A stretch of DNA of 64,000 nucleotides. Origin: Octopus vulgaris. Its lineage: Eukaryota. The notes beneath the pieces were generated by a model. The model had not been told where the DNA came from. It ran no database searches and saw only the letters and a program-made list of their open reading frames with translations. Both the position numbers and the translations under genes were made by a program. This document shows positions 14,345 to 27,964 of this stretch, piece after piece (position 1 is the stretch's first letter; each line of letters opens with the position of its first letter). The stretch lies in the NCBI GenBank assembly GCA_951406725.2, contig OX597814.1, positions 18,600,001 through 18,664,000 on the forward strand, read 5' to 3'.

Positions 14345-15330
14345 AAAGCAGCGAGTTGACAGAATCGTTACAACGCCGGACAATATGCTTAGTGGCATTT
14401 CGTCCGTCTTTACGATTAAGATTCAAATTCCGCCGGGATCGATAAAATAAGAACCTGTTGAACACTGGGGTCTATTTAATCGATTTAGACCATCCCCAAA
14501 ATGTAGGCCTTGTGCCAGAATTTGAAAACTAATCATTACTGTTACTCTATTACTCTTTTACTTGTTTCAGTCATTTGACTGTGACCATGCTGGAGCACCG
14601 CCTTTAGTCGAGTGAATAGACCCCAGGACTTATAATTTGTAAGCCAAGTACTTATTTTATCGGTCTCTTTTGCCGGACCGCTAAGGTACGGGGAGGTAAA
14701 CACACCAGCATCGGTTGTCAAGCGCTGTTGGGGGACAAACACAGGCACACAAACGTACACACACACACATATATATATACATATATACGACGGACTTCTT
14801 TCAGTTTCCGTTTACCAAATCCACTCACAAGGCTTTGGTTAGCCTGGGGCAATATTAGAAGACACCTGCCCAAGGTGCCACGCAGTGGGACTGAACCCGG
14901 AACTATGTGGTTCGTAAGCAAGCTACTTATCACACAGCCACTGGCAGAATCGTTACTGCGCCGCGCAAAGTACTTAGCGGCATTTCTTCCGTCTTTAGGT
15001 CCTGCGTTCAAATTTTGCCGAGGTTGACTTTGCCTTTCATCTTTTCGGGGTCGATAAAATAAGTACCAGTTGACTAAACGATTTACCCCTTCTCTCCTAA
15101 ACTTCTGTTCTTATGCCAAAATTTGAAAGGAATAATTATTATTATAGATGAGCCGGAGAGCTGGCAGGGCTGTTAGCACACTGGCCGGTATACGTCCTGA
15201 GTTCAAATTCCGCTTAGGTCGACTTTGTCTTTTATCCGTTAGGTGTCGATAACATAAGTACCAGTTAAACATTGGCTTCGACGTAATCGAATTAACTCTT
15301 TTCCCATTATAGCTGGACAAGTGCCAAAAT
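14345..15330. mobile_element. SINE cluster: family B copies (+) flanking a family A copy (-, 14545-14940)
   Basis: Family B core GAGTTCAAATTCCGCCGAGGTCGACTTTGCCTTTCATCC...GATAAAATAAGTACCAG recurs three times, diverged. Confidence 0.75.
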
Positions 15331-16042
15331 TTGCAACTAGTAACTATTATTATTGTTGCTCATCAACAAATGGAACAATCATTGTATTTGGTTAGACATG
15401 TTTCAAATCCCGCCGAACTCATGGTTGTTATTCATTATTTCGTGGGTAATATATATTGTCACGGACCCTAAACATAGTGTGTTCTCTATCAATAATTGCC
15501 TGCTTGAGCGCATAGAGTCTCCTTCATTGACATTTAGCACTAGCAATGTTTTCTTTCAGATGGTAGCGCGCTTGACCAACAAAAAATAAGTTGCAATGAA
15601 CTAATTAGGAATCATTTACGCGGTCGTGGAACCTGCTAGAAATATCAGTAAAATCCACCTCAAACAATGCACTCTACAAAATGGAAGTAAACATTGGCTA
15701 ACAAAGTCAACGGTTTAAATTTGGTAAAATAACAGCCACAAGAAGATATATTTTATCTTTTGGCTAAAACTTGACTTATTATTTATTTCTGTTTTATTTT
15801 ATCCGTTATTTATTTATTTATTTATTGTATAAGGGCAACATTATAACGAACTTTATATTTCAATACTTTCGTCAATGATCGGTAATTGATTTGATTGATT
15901 ATTTTTAATTGAAACGTATATAATGAAATATCTGGTATATCAATAATGGCTAGTTACTTGAAACTACATACACACACACACATAGATCCTCTTTTATCTC
16001 CCTCCACACACACATACACACACATACACATATATATAATAT

Positions 16043-16080
<38 letters not shown>

Positions 16081-16194
16081 TTGTATCTGTATATCTATAT
16101 CGGCAGATATATAATATACATATATAATATATAGTACACATACTTATATATGCACATATATATGTATTTTTTGCTTTACTGGTTTCAATCATTA

Positions 16195-17020
16195 AACTGC
16201 ATACATACATACATAATCCATACATACATACATGCATACATACATACATACATACATACATGCATACATACATACATGCATGCATACATACATACATACA
16301 TACATACATACTAGATACATACATACATACATACATACATACATACAAACATACATAGATACATACATAATCCATACATACATACATACATACATACATA
16401 CATACATGCATGCATGCATACATACATACATACATACATACATACATACATACATACAAACATACATACATACTAGATACATACATACATACATACATAC
16501 ATACATACATACATACATACATACATACATGCATGCATACATACATACATACATACATACATACATACATACATACATACATGCATACATACATACATGC
16601 ATGCATACATACATACATACATACATACATACATACATGCATGCATACATACATACATACAAACATACATAGATACATACATAATCCATACATACATACA
16701 TACATACATACATACATACATGCATGCATGCATACATACATACATACATACATACATACATACAAACATACATACATACTAGATACATACATACATACAT
16801 ACATACATACATACATACATACATACATACATACATGCATGCATACATACATACATACATACATACATACATACATACATACATACATACATGCATGCAT
16901 ACATACATACATACATACATACATACATACATACATACATACTAGATACATACATACATACATACATACATACATACATACATACATACATACATACATA
17001 CATACATACATACATACATA
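16195..17020. repeat. Compound (TACA)n array with recurring variant blocks
   Basis: About 820 bp TACA with repeated ACTAGATA, ATAATCCA and AAACATAC interruptions. Confidence 0.95.
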
Positions 17021-17639
17021 CTGCTACAATGCTACACTGAAGGGAGAAGTAATTTAAAACACTTTAATCTTGAAACGCGTCTGTAGCTAATCGGAGTCAT
17101 GTTGATTCATTGTTTTTCTCTTTGCCTACGTAAAAAAGTGTGTTACTGTCGTGAAGATTCTTACAGTAGTAGAAAAGGAATTTTTAACTCCTATTTCTAA
17201 ATTCGGTATGTCGTGAAGCAATTAGCTGACCCCTAATTATAATTATGCTTATAATTATAGTATATTAGTACATACATACATATATACATGCATACATATT
17301 TGAAATGTGTGCTGACCTAATAAATTAACAGCCGTTTAAGTACATATGAAGCAAGTTCACTAAAGTTGTGAACATCATTAAATTTAAAACCAATATTTTC
17401 TCTTGTTCTTTTTTGCCACGTAATACTTTGATTTAATTAATTAATTATTCAATTAATCAGTTGCCATTTTTTTTTTGTTATGAGAAAAATATTACAGAAT
17501 ATTAACCGGCGTCTAATTAATAATTTTTGCATATTTTCTCTATCACAGTATTGATTAATAGCAAAATTTCAAATGTTCAGAATTTGTTGCATGTATATAT
17601 TTTCGTTGCTTAAGAACAAAGTTTGGTAAGTATATGTGG

Positions 17640-17925
17640 AAGCACTCCGTCGGTTACGACGATGAGGGTTCCGGTTGATCCGAATCAACGGAACAGCCTG
17701 CTCGTGAAATTAACGTGTAAGTGGCTGAGCACTCCACAGACACGTGCACCCTTAACCTAGTTCTCGGGGATATTCAGCGTGACACAGAGAGTGACAAGGC
17801 CGGCCCTTTGAAATACAGGTACAAGAGAAACAGGAAGTAAGAGTGAGAGAAAGTTGTGGTGAAAGAGTACAGCAGGGATCACCACCATCCCCTGCCGGAG
17901 CATCGTGGAGCTTTAGGTGTTTTAA
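17640..17925 (-). mobile_element. SINE family C/D, headless
   Basis: Near-identical to 10043-10310. Confidence 0.8.
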
Positions 17926-18562
17926 TAAGTATATGTAGGATACTGAAGAAACTAGTGGGTACATTGGTCAATAATTAACGTCTACAATTTGTCTAAAACT
18001 GTAGTAAATACAGAAAAATTAAATTCTGATCATAAACCTTATACATTTGAGCTTTGCTTTTTCGTGGCGGGGAGATTTGGACATTACTCCGTTCTTTTCT
18101 TTTTTTTTTTTCTTTTCTAGGCAAAGTTTATTTCTTGGAGCTATGGTAGATCTTCATCTTTCTCACTGAAAACCAATATATTAAACTTTTTATCTGTTTT
18201 ACGAAGCTCTTTGTTCATTCTAAACCAGTATGTTTATCACAATTATTGTACTTAATAAACCAGTATTAAAACTAAATAAACATATGTATATATGACAATT
18301 ATTGCACTAATTATGTGCGGATGAAATTTTAAATTACATCACGCGGGATTGAAAATGAATAAGTTTTGTATGTCATACAGTGTACACATTTTATAAAGTT
18401 CACCTTCCAACATATTTATGTGCATGTCTAGTGTTAAAATGCTATTAATAATTTAATATTTCCATTTAAACTAATGTTTTCCATTTGGATTCAAAATTTT
18501 TCCGTTCATTCAATTACCTATTATGGTATTTATTGATTTATCATGTTGTTTATTGCTTACAT

Positions 18563-18760
18563 TGGCTCAGTGGTTAGAGCGTCGAGCTTACGATCGTGAG
18601 GTTTGAGCTCGAATCCGACCGGCTGCGTGCTGTGTTCTTGAGCAAGACACTTTATTTCACGTTGCTCCAGTTCACTCAGCTGTAGAAATGAGTTGCGACG
18701 TCACAGGTGCCAAGCTGTATCGACCTTTGTCTTTCCCTTGGATAACACTGGTGGCGTGGA
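18563..18760 (+). mobile_element. SINE family C fragment flanked by a ~55 bp direct repeat
   Basis: TGGCTCAGTGGTTAGAGCGTCGAGCTTACG as in 22884; flanks 18505-18561 and 18780-18832 are near-identical. Confidence 0.8.
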
Positions 18761-19046
18761 TTTTTTTAAAACAACCTTGTTCATTCAGTTACTTATGGTA
18801 TTTATTGATTTATCATGTTGTTTATTGCTTACAAGAATATCCAAAACGGTAATGTATGAACGCTTTTCATCACTGTCAGTCTAAATACGAAAGAAAAGTT
18901 TTGCCTAAATTAATAATGAATGCTAACGAAACATTGATTGTATAGACCTGCTTGTTGTCATAATATTTATTTATCCGTGATGAGCCTTCTTCTTTGGAGC
19001 TTTTGGCATTCATAAGAAGGTTTCCATAGTATGTTGGTATTCCTAA

Positions 19047-19610
19047 ATGTCTTGCAAACAACTTGCACATGCGAGTGCTACCAGTCAAGAACTCCGCATA
19101 CCGAAAGCCAGCAAGTGTATGGGGTCATCAGGAGAGAATGCGCGCCGTTTCGGGGCCTACTTCTCAACTGCATCAATGCGCACTGGCCCCCCACCTCACT
19201 GATATGAGGCCCCGCTTGCTAGATCAACTGGTTATTAAATAAAGCTCACTATTTCTCTAGCCATCGCTCATCGTCTCTTTTTAACCAAATCCAGTGGCTA
19301 GCCTTCTCCACTGTAGTTTGGATATCGGTCATGATGGTATTGACTTTACGATGAGTTAGGCCTAACGATAACAACAGTCGTCTCACACTGTGTCCAACAA
19401 ACCCTCTACATTCAACTTCGATTGGAAAATACTCCGCTTTCTAGCCTGCGTCTTCACATTCCTCGAGGAGGTTTACATAACGGTCAATCTCTCGAGCCCG
19501 AGCAGCGTCCATGTTATCTTCATGAGGAACCATTAACTTAACAAGATTTACAACTTTTCTTCTTTCACAACACATCAATATGTCCGGTTTTTTCGTAACT
19601 AGTATAATCC
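19047..19610 (-). mobile_element. 3' end of Hero-like RLE non-LTR retrotransposon (restriction-like endonuclease domain + 3'UTR)
   Basis: Minus-strand frame 19606-19249 reads ILVTKKPDILMCCERRKVVNLVKLMVPHEDNMDAARAREIDRYVNLLEECEDAG*KAEYFPIEVECRGFVG...VEKASHWIWLKRDDERWLEK*, matching the (R/K)PDI...ELTVP.E...Y..L...C...GW...EVGCRGF...AS.W.W.KR pattern of Hero-clade RLE; one W-to-TAG stop at 19441-19443. Confidence 0.8.
19125..19213 (-). ncRNA. Second, degenerate copy of the Hero 3'UTR hammerhead-like motif
   Basis: Minus strand: GGGGCCU...GCAGUU-GAGAA-GU-AGGCCCC-GAAA-CGGC...CUCUC-CUGAUGA. Confidence 0.4.
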
Positions 19611-19711
19611 GACGGACTTCATGCGATTTTCACAAGCTTCTCAAGGATTGAGTTAGAACAAAGCTATTTGTAAAGATGCACGTACAAGATGCAACACAAT
19701 GCGGTTTAACC

Positions 19712-19942
19712 AGGCGAGCTAGCAGAAGCGTTAGCACACCGGGCGAAATGCTTTGCGGTACTTCGTCTGCCGTTACGTTGTGAGTTCAAATTCCGCCGAG
19801 GTCGACTTTGCCTTTCATCCTTTCGGGGTCGATAAATTAAGTACCAGTTACGCACTGGGGTCGATGTAATCGACATAATACCTATGTCTGTCCTTGTTTG
19901 TTCCCTCTGTGTTTAGCCCCTTGTGGGTAATAAAGAAATAGG
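19712..19942 (+). mobile_element. SINE family B
   Basis: GGCGAGCTAGCAGAAGCGTTAGCAC...GAGTTCAAATTCCGCCGAGG...GCCCCTTGTGGGTAATAAAGAAATAGG. Confidence 0.85.
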
Positions 19943-21052
19943 TTTAACCAGGGATTCAATGAGTGCGATACGAATATTTTAATCAATAAAGCTAAGCCTA
20001 TGTCCGTATGTACCTAAACTAGGAGAAAACCAGTAAGATGTCGATGTTATCTCGAGTATGAATAATGATTTTATATGATAAATAATCTGTGGGGAAATAG
20101 TCGAGTTCACTGCTTTCTTGTTATTCGAACGATTGTAAGCTCAGGTACTAATAACTTTAGAAAATAGTTCTGCTTTGAGAATTACTAACGTTCCAGTGCC
20201 ATAAGGAGATACAACATTCGTCAACGGCTTTCTTTCCGAACTTAAATCAAATTTTTATTTTATCATTATTATTAATAATTTTAACCGACACCAGCCATTG
20301 TTAGTTTTAATTAGATTTCAGTTTTATTCTTTTATTGTTTAAAAGTTAAAAACTTGGGAAAACAGAATCTTTGAAGCTGTTATGAAATAAAGACGTGGGT
20401 TCATTATTTTCCCGTCATATTCAAATTATAGTCTGTTCTGAAGATAAAAGTAAATAACCCATAAAAATATTAAAATATCATTTTATGTTAGGTTAACAGA
20501 TGCATATAAATATAAACAATTATCAAGAAATACAGAATGTTCAATTGATATGTTAATATTACTGAATATTAAGGATCAGAGAAAATATTTATGAATATTT
20601 CAAATATAAGTAGTTCATAATGTTTATAAACTGGGTTGTGCGTATTCGTGGCTTGAAAGCACATAAATCTACTTTGAACAATTTAACAATAAAAGCAACA
20701 CGTTTAAATACAGTATAATGTGTGTGTGTGTGCGTGCGTGTGCGTGTGCGTGAGAGAGAGAGAGAGAGAGAGAGTATAATAGGTGGTGTTACCCAGATTA
20801 ATAGTTATTTCCGACTCTGCCAACAATCAGGTGCTTCTGTGTAGGCGATACGCCATCGCATTTTGAGGATTGAAATAAGTAGAATATGAAAAGAATGTGT
20901 GCATTTACACACACCACATACATAATTGCATACTTGCATACATACATACATACATACATGCATACATACATACATACAAATATACATACATGCATACATA
21001 TATACATGCACTCAAACGCACATACACACACATGCACACAAGCGCGCACTCG

Positions 21053-21125
<73 letters not shown>

Positions 21126-22852
21126 ACTTACATACATACACGCATACATCCACACAAAGAGAGAGAATTGTCGCCCACAGTTGCTATCAGCTGCTAGGAG
21201 AAACATAACATTGTAAGGTACACATTTTTTCGACGTCTGTTTTCTTTTTGTGAATGTAAACAGACTTAACAATGATACATGTATCCCCTTTTTACACCAC
21301 AACTCCAACCTGCTCATATTTTAATTCTTTCACCTTTTCTTTGTTAACTTCACCTGTCCAATGCTCCATCAGTCCACTCCCATTTGTTTTATTTCTATTA
21401 TTACTTATTCATAAACTATTTGCTCTTTAAAAGCTTTCCTTACTTCCAGAGTACATCCTTGTGTGATAGCGAATAAATACATGTGGCTAATTATTACATT
21501 AGATTATCGGCCATATGTAATGTGTTATTTTTCTTTTCAGTGTCCTTTATGTCAAATGACCCCAAAATCATATCCCTACATTTTTAGATTTGATACAGAA
21601 AGACAATCATAACATAACATAAATTCATAAATTTTTATTTGATAGTAGTTAAATTTGTTTTAGCTGTCACATTTAAACGGTTGAAGAAAATTAGTACTGA
21701 TTTACACTTTCAAGCTTAAATGTTCGGATTTCTCGTTAATGTTTTTATTCTTAGCTGTACCAGTTTATCTATCTTTCGTCGCTGACGAGAGAAATGCACG
21801 TATCTTCTATTTCTCTTTCTCCTATGTCGTGCATTTCAAGCAAAATGGCCATGTGTCTCAGACCAGAACCATATATTAGTGATAATGTCCTTGAAAAATG
21901 TTTATATATTATTAATGCTCTTGATAAAAGTATGAAAGCTGCTGTCTTATTATTCTCTTCTTTGTATCTAAAGAGATCGATATCATTACAAATAATCATC
22001 TCTTTTAAGACATATTGATAATGTACCATTTATTTCAAGAACAAAGGCGGTAGGAAATATCTGTTATTATAGCTGAAATATATGAAAATATATTTAATGG
22101 GTTAATGTGAAGTAAAGCAGAATGATAAAACAATATGAAAGAAATGTGATTGACACCTGAATATTTCAGAACAATTTTAATGCCGACAGAATCTAGGTAA
22201 GGTTAACAGTACTTTGCATTTCATCGCATGGATTCATGTTTGGAATTAAGTTTATGGCTTGGGGCCGTGTTCTGCTGTCACTTATTCAATGGCTTGAAAC
22301 ATAAAGTAAATATTTGTTTTGTTTTTTCTTTAATACAAAACTCTATAAATTTGCAATTGTAGAGCCGAATATTTATGTAGATTATAGACAAATGTCGTGT
22401 CTAAGATATGTTTTGTTTTGTTTCATCAAGCATTTGTTTTATACTGATTTGAATCATCCCCTCTCTTTTTTTCAAGCATTACCATGAGCAAATATTTCAA
22501 TTTAAGTCTACATCTGCTAAATAATTTTTGCATTTTTTTCTCTATGTCGCTGATACATCTACCACTGTATCAATGATAGTTATATTTTCTTCTTACCATC
22601 TCAATGATACTGCTAAAATAGAGTAGAGAAAATATTTTTAATGCAAAGATCAGATATATTAAGTTTTAAATGTCACACAAATATCATCCACAAAATATAA
22701 ATGAGATGCCCAAAGCTTAAAAGCTGATTTATTGCTTCTTCATATCCGAGCACACTCAGCATTTGCCTGCACTAACAAGTATAACTGACTTAAACGGCTA
22801 CTATACATACATATATACATACATCTGTGAGTGTAAGTATATATGTATGTAG

Positions 22853-22883
<31 letters not shown>

Positions 22884-23215
22884 AGGCGCATGGCTCAGTG
22901 GTTAGAGCGTCGAGCTTACGATCGTGAGGTTGTGAGCTCGAATCCCGGACCGGGCTGCGTGTTGTGTTCTTGAGCAAGGCACTTTATTTCACGTTGCTCC
23001 AGTTCACTCAGCTGTAGGAATGAGCTGCAACGTCCCAGGTGCCAAACTGTATCGGCCTTTGCCATGGATAACATCAGTGGCGTTGAAGGGGAGGCTGGTA
23101 TGGATGGGCGATTGCTGGTCTTCCATAAACAACCTTGCCCGGACTTGTGTCTAGGAGGGTAACTTTCTAGGTGCAATCCCATGGTCATTCATGACCGAAG
23201 GGGGCTTTACCCTTT
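22884..23215 (+). mobile_element. tRNA-derived SINE family C, full length
   Basis: GGCGCATGGCTCAGTGGTTAGAGCG A box, GAGCTCGAATCCC B box, body ending ACCCTTT. Confidence 0.85.
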
Positions 23216-24061
23216 TATAAGTACGTATAGGCATGATTTTAAAGTACATTCTGTAAATAAGTATCGTTTCGTACAAACATTGCCATTAATAATTTTTTGC
23301 TATATAAAGGACACGCCCAGCAGTTTTAAGGTTAGGTGGTTAGTCAATGCAGACCACCCTAGTTGAAGAATATGGGACTTTCTCTTAGCCACCATTGTAC
23401 CAAGATCTGACCCGAAGCGTAGTTCTTGTTAGGCTCCCAGGTATAAACTACTAGGAGTGACAGATCCCAAATCCTCATCAGAAATTCCTTCAAGGGCAGG
23501 GAAACTTTTTAACTAATTACCCCAAAATATATTTATTTACACCTACGTTACTTCTTTGATTTGAAAGGAAGAAAATGATAGATGCCAAGGAACATGATGT
23601 CTATATAATTTTACTTATGTATAATGAATTCTTATTATCCCCATGAATTTCATTTTGCCTGGTTCGCCGATCTCTGTTCTAGTGGAAGGTAAAAGGAAAA
23701 ACTTGAAGTACAGTTTCAATCTTATCATCTCAACCTCTGTTGTACAACTGCTTTTCTAGCTGATTGCGCTGAAATTTTGGTGCAGAGCTCTGCTACACGT
23801 TATCCACTGGAAAACACTTCACACACGGGAACTTCTAAAACTCTCGGAATATATTTTTATATTCCATGCCATTCCATGTCTTCTCCGATGGATAGGCCTC
23901 CTGAGCCGGCCGCATTTCTGCATTAATTGGGACGATTTATAATCTCGCCACAAATGAAGTTCTTTGTTTTTCAGTTTGGTTCACTGATGCAAATATTTTT
24001 CTGACTTCCAACTCTTGAAATGGAAATGGGACATCGTCTCCTAATTCTGTACGACGGAGAG

Positions 24062-24281
24062 CCTTACTCTTTACTCTTTTACTCTTTTACTTGTTTCAGT
24101 CATTTGACTGCGGCCATGCTGGAGCACCGCCTTTAATCGAGCAACTCGACCCCGGGACTTATTCTTTTGTAAGCCCAGTACTTATTCTATCGATCTCCTT
24201 TGCCGAACCGCTAGGTAACGGACATTAACACACCACCATCGGTTGTCAAGCAATGCTAGGAGGACAAACACAGACACACAA

Positions 24282-24326
<45 letters not shown>

Positions 24327-24490
24327 TACGGCAGGCTTCTTTCAGTTTCCGTCTAACAAATCCACTCACAAGGCATTGGTCGGCCCGAGGCTATAGCCGA
24401 AGACACTTGCCCAAGATGCCATGCAGTGGGACTGAACCCGGAACCATGAGGCTGGTTGGCAAGCTACTTACCACACAGCCACTCCTGCGC
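24062..24490 (-). mobile_element. SINE family A, full length
   Basis: Head to (AAAAGAGT)n tail. Confidence 0.9.
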
Positions 24491-24675
24491 TTTGTTCACT
24501 TATTATCTAACTTATGTATCCTATGCTCAGGTGTCTCCTGAGACTCTGCGACTGGAAATCGTTCTTGCATTTCACCCATTCCTTCTCTGTTTCATCTTTT
24601 CCTTCTCTGTTCGGATGTCTTCTGAATTCACCGTTGATGCTTTATGAGATTCTTTCGACTCTGTCGCCCACACAT

Positions 24676-24755
<80 letters not shown>

Positions 24756-24806
24756 AGTTCAGACGAGAAGCCATGAGAGCAACTACCTGGTACAGCATTA
24801 GGGCAT

Positions 24807-25162
24807 ATTATTATTGTTGTTGTTGTTGTTGTTATTATTTTTATTATTATCATTATTATTATACGAAAAGAAAATAACACTTATGAATTGATGTTTCTTT
24901 TTAGTTTTATTTTTCAATTCCTTCCTTGTTGTCTCCTCATCCTACTTATCATCATCATCATCATCGTCGTCGTTATCTTCAACATCATCGTCGTCATCTT
25001 CAACATCATCGTCGTCATCTTTAACATCATCGTCGTCATCATCATCATTGTCGTCGTCATCGTCGTCATCATCGTCGTCGTCGTCGTCGTCATCATCATC
25101 ATCATCATCATCATCATAATCATCATAATCATCATCATCATCATCATCGTCGTCATCTTCAA

Positions 25163-25214
<52 letters not shown>

Positions 25215-25515
25215 TTCTTCTTCTTCTTCTTCTTCGTCATCGTCGTCGTCATCATCATCATCATCATCTTCTTCTTCTTCTTCGTCATCGTCGTCGTCAT
25301 CATCATCAGGATCGTCATCGTCATCCTTCCTACTTGTCATCATCTTCATCATCATTCTTTTCTTATATATCTGGTAATTTCATTATTTTATTTTTTATTT
25401 TATTTTATTTAATTTTTTATAAAAATTATTTATAATTATAAAAATTATGAAGCTATAGAAATAGTGGCAGTTGCTATCTATAGCAACCCTAGCAGTAACA
25501 GTAGCAGCGACAATT

Positions 25516-25549
<34 letters not shown>

Positions 25550-25689
25550 CAGCAGCAGCAGCAGTTGTTGTTGTTGTTGTAGTATTAGTAGTAGTAGTAG
25601 TAGTAGTAATAGTAGTAGTAGTAGCAGCAGCAGTTGTTGTTGTAGTAGTAGTAGTAGTAGTAGTTGTTGTTGTTGTTGTTGTTGTTGTT

Positions 25690-25750
<61 letters not shown>

Positions 25751-26880
25751 CATTTTCCATATTTCTAGTAATAATACCGAGGCTGGTTCTTTTTAGGTGC
25801 TGCGCAGCTGTTGGTGAAGATGATGCGGCCGCTGCTGTTTACCATGATGATGATGATGATGACGACAACGATGTTACTGGTGATGATATGGGATGCAGAA
25901 AATCAAGCTCAGAAGAGCAGAATATGGCATATACTGGTGATGGTGGTGGTGGTGGTAGTGGCAGCCGTGGTGGTGGTCGTCGTCGTGGTGTTGGTGGGTC
26001 GGGTGGTGGTGGTGGTGGTGGTGGTGATGATGTTGCAGATGATGATTACGGTAAGAAGCCGAGTGCGATGAGGGTGATGGTGGCGATCGAAATGTGAAGA
26101 AGAAGAAGTAGTAGACGAAGAAGAAGAAGAAGAAGAAGAAGAAGAAGAAGAAGAAGAAGAAGAAGAAGAAGAAGAAGAAGAAGAAGAAAAAGAAGAAGAA
26201 GAAGACGAAGAAGAAGAAGAACAAGAAGAACAAGAACAAGAACAAGAAGAAGAAGAACAACAAGAACAAGAACAAGAAGAACAAGAAGAAGAACAAGAAG
26301 AAGAAAAAGAAGAAATTGTGGTTATGGTGGTGGTGGTGGTCGTCGTCGTTGTTGTCAACGTGTTAGAGATGGTGGTGGCAGCGGCGGCGGTAGTGGTGGC
26401 TACATAGGTGGCAGCGACAGCGTTTGTGTTGTGGCTGTTGTTGCTTTTAGTGGTGGTAGTGATGACAGTGGTTAGAGGTGGTGGTGGTGGTGGTGGTTTT
26501 GGGTAGTGGTGATGGTGATGGTGGTGGTGGTGGTGGTAGAGGTGGTGATGGTAGAGGTGGTGGTAGTCGTAGTGGTGGTAGTGGTGGTGGTAGTGGTGGT
26601 GGTGGTGGTTGTGGTGGTGGTGGTGGTGGTGGTGGTGGTGGTGGTGGGTGGTGGTGGTGGTGATGGTGATGGTGGTGGTGGTGGTGGTGGTGGTGGTGGT
26701 GGTGGTGATGGTGGTGGTGGTGGTAGTGGTAGTGGTGGTAGTGGTAGTGGTGTGGTGGTAGTGGTGGTAGTGGTAGTGGTGGTGGTCGTGGTGGTGGTGG
26801 TCGTCGTCGTCGTCGTCGTCGTGGTAGTGGTGGTGGTGGTGGTGGTGCTGCTGCTGCTGCTGCTACTGCTACTACTAGTG
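24807..26880. repeat. Patchwork of trinucleotide microsatellites (ATC/GTC/TTC, TAG/TTG, GAA/CAA, GGT)
   Basis: Direct reading; explains the homopolymeric amino-acid ORFs in the track. Confidence 0.95.
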
Positions 26881-27370
26881 ATGGAGTGTGGAGTTTGCTG
26901 TTGACGTTGTTGTGCGTTGTCGATTTTGTTTTGAACTTTAAAAGGGGGGGAGGGTTTTTTATGTCAAGCAAAAGATGACGGACAGCGAAGCCCGGAGTTC
27001 TTTTTTTTTTTGTTTTTTGTTTTTGTAGACAGGTTCAATGAAAGATCATCCATTGCCTCTACCATCTGGTGTCAAGGAGCTACAACATCCTTCTTTCTAT
27101 CTTATAACCTGCATCTATCCAACTAAACCAGCAAGCGAAATCGGCCTGCCAGCCGACCAACCTGCCACTCAGCCACTAAGCCGCCCACCCACGCGACCTG
27201 TATGCACCGTTTCCTCGTTGTCTGTCCCATCGCTATTGTTGATGTTGTTGTCATTGTTATTGTTGTCAAGCAGTGTCGGTGTAGTTCATTTGTCTATTTG
27301 TTGAATTTTTTTTTGTTTCCTTTTATTAATATCAGCATTATTTTGTTTCGTGTTGCTTTATATGATGTTA

Positions 27371-27422
<52 letters not shown>

Positions 27423-27589
27423 CTTCCCCCCTCTCTCTCTCTATCTATCTATCTCTTCCCTCCTCTCTCTCTCTCTTCCCTCCTCTCTCTCTCTCTATCT
27501 CTGCCCTCCTCTCTCTCTCTCTCTTCCCTCTCTTTCTCTCCCTCTGCTAGTCTTACTGCTAAGTGAAGACGATGATGGTAATGCTGATG

Positions 27590-27823
27590 ATGGCGGCGAG
27601 CTGGCAGAAACGTTAGCGCGCCGGGCGAAATGCTTAGCGGTATTTCGTCTGTCGTTACGCTGTGAGTTCAAATTCCGCCGAGGTCGACTTTGCCTTTCAT
27701 CCTTTTGGGGTCGATAAATTAAGTACCAGTTACGCACTGGGGTCGATGTAATCGACTTAATACCTATGTCTGTCCTTGTTTGTCCCCTCTGTGTTTAGCC
27801 CCTTGTGGGTAATAAAGAAATAG
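27590..27823 (+). mobile_element. SINE family B
   Basis: Near-identical to 19712-19942. Confidence 0.85.
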
Positions 27824-27854
27824 GTAATGCTGATGATGATGATGACGATGATGG

Positions 27855-27912
<58 letters not shown>

Positions 27913-27964
27913 GGTGATGGTGATGATGATGATGACGATATCGACGACAATAATGGCAAACAAA

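Noticed and set aside
15950-17011. 353-aa ORF and the many YI/CV/HT/LSIY-rich ORFs throughout the track
   Set aside because: Translations of TA, CA, TACA and GATA microsatellites that lack stop codons.
22884-22960. tRNA genes at SINE heads (also 10340-10413, 11120, 50451, 51180-51255)
   Set aside because: A/B boxes run into SINE bodies and acceptor stems are not intact.
24888-26971. Poly-D, poly-T, poly-H/P ORFs
   Set aside because: Trinucleotide repeats open in several frames on both strands; no domain or splice evidence.
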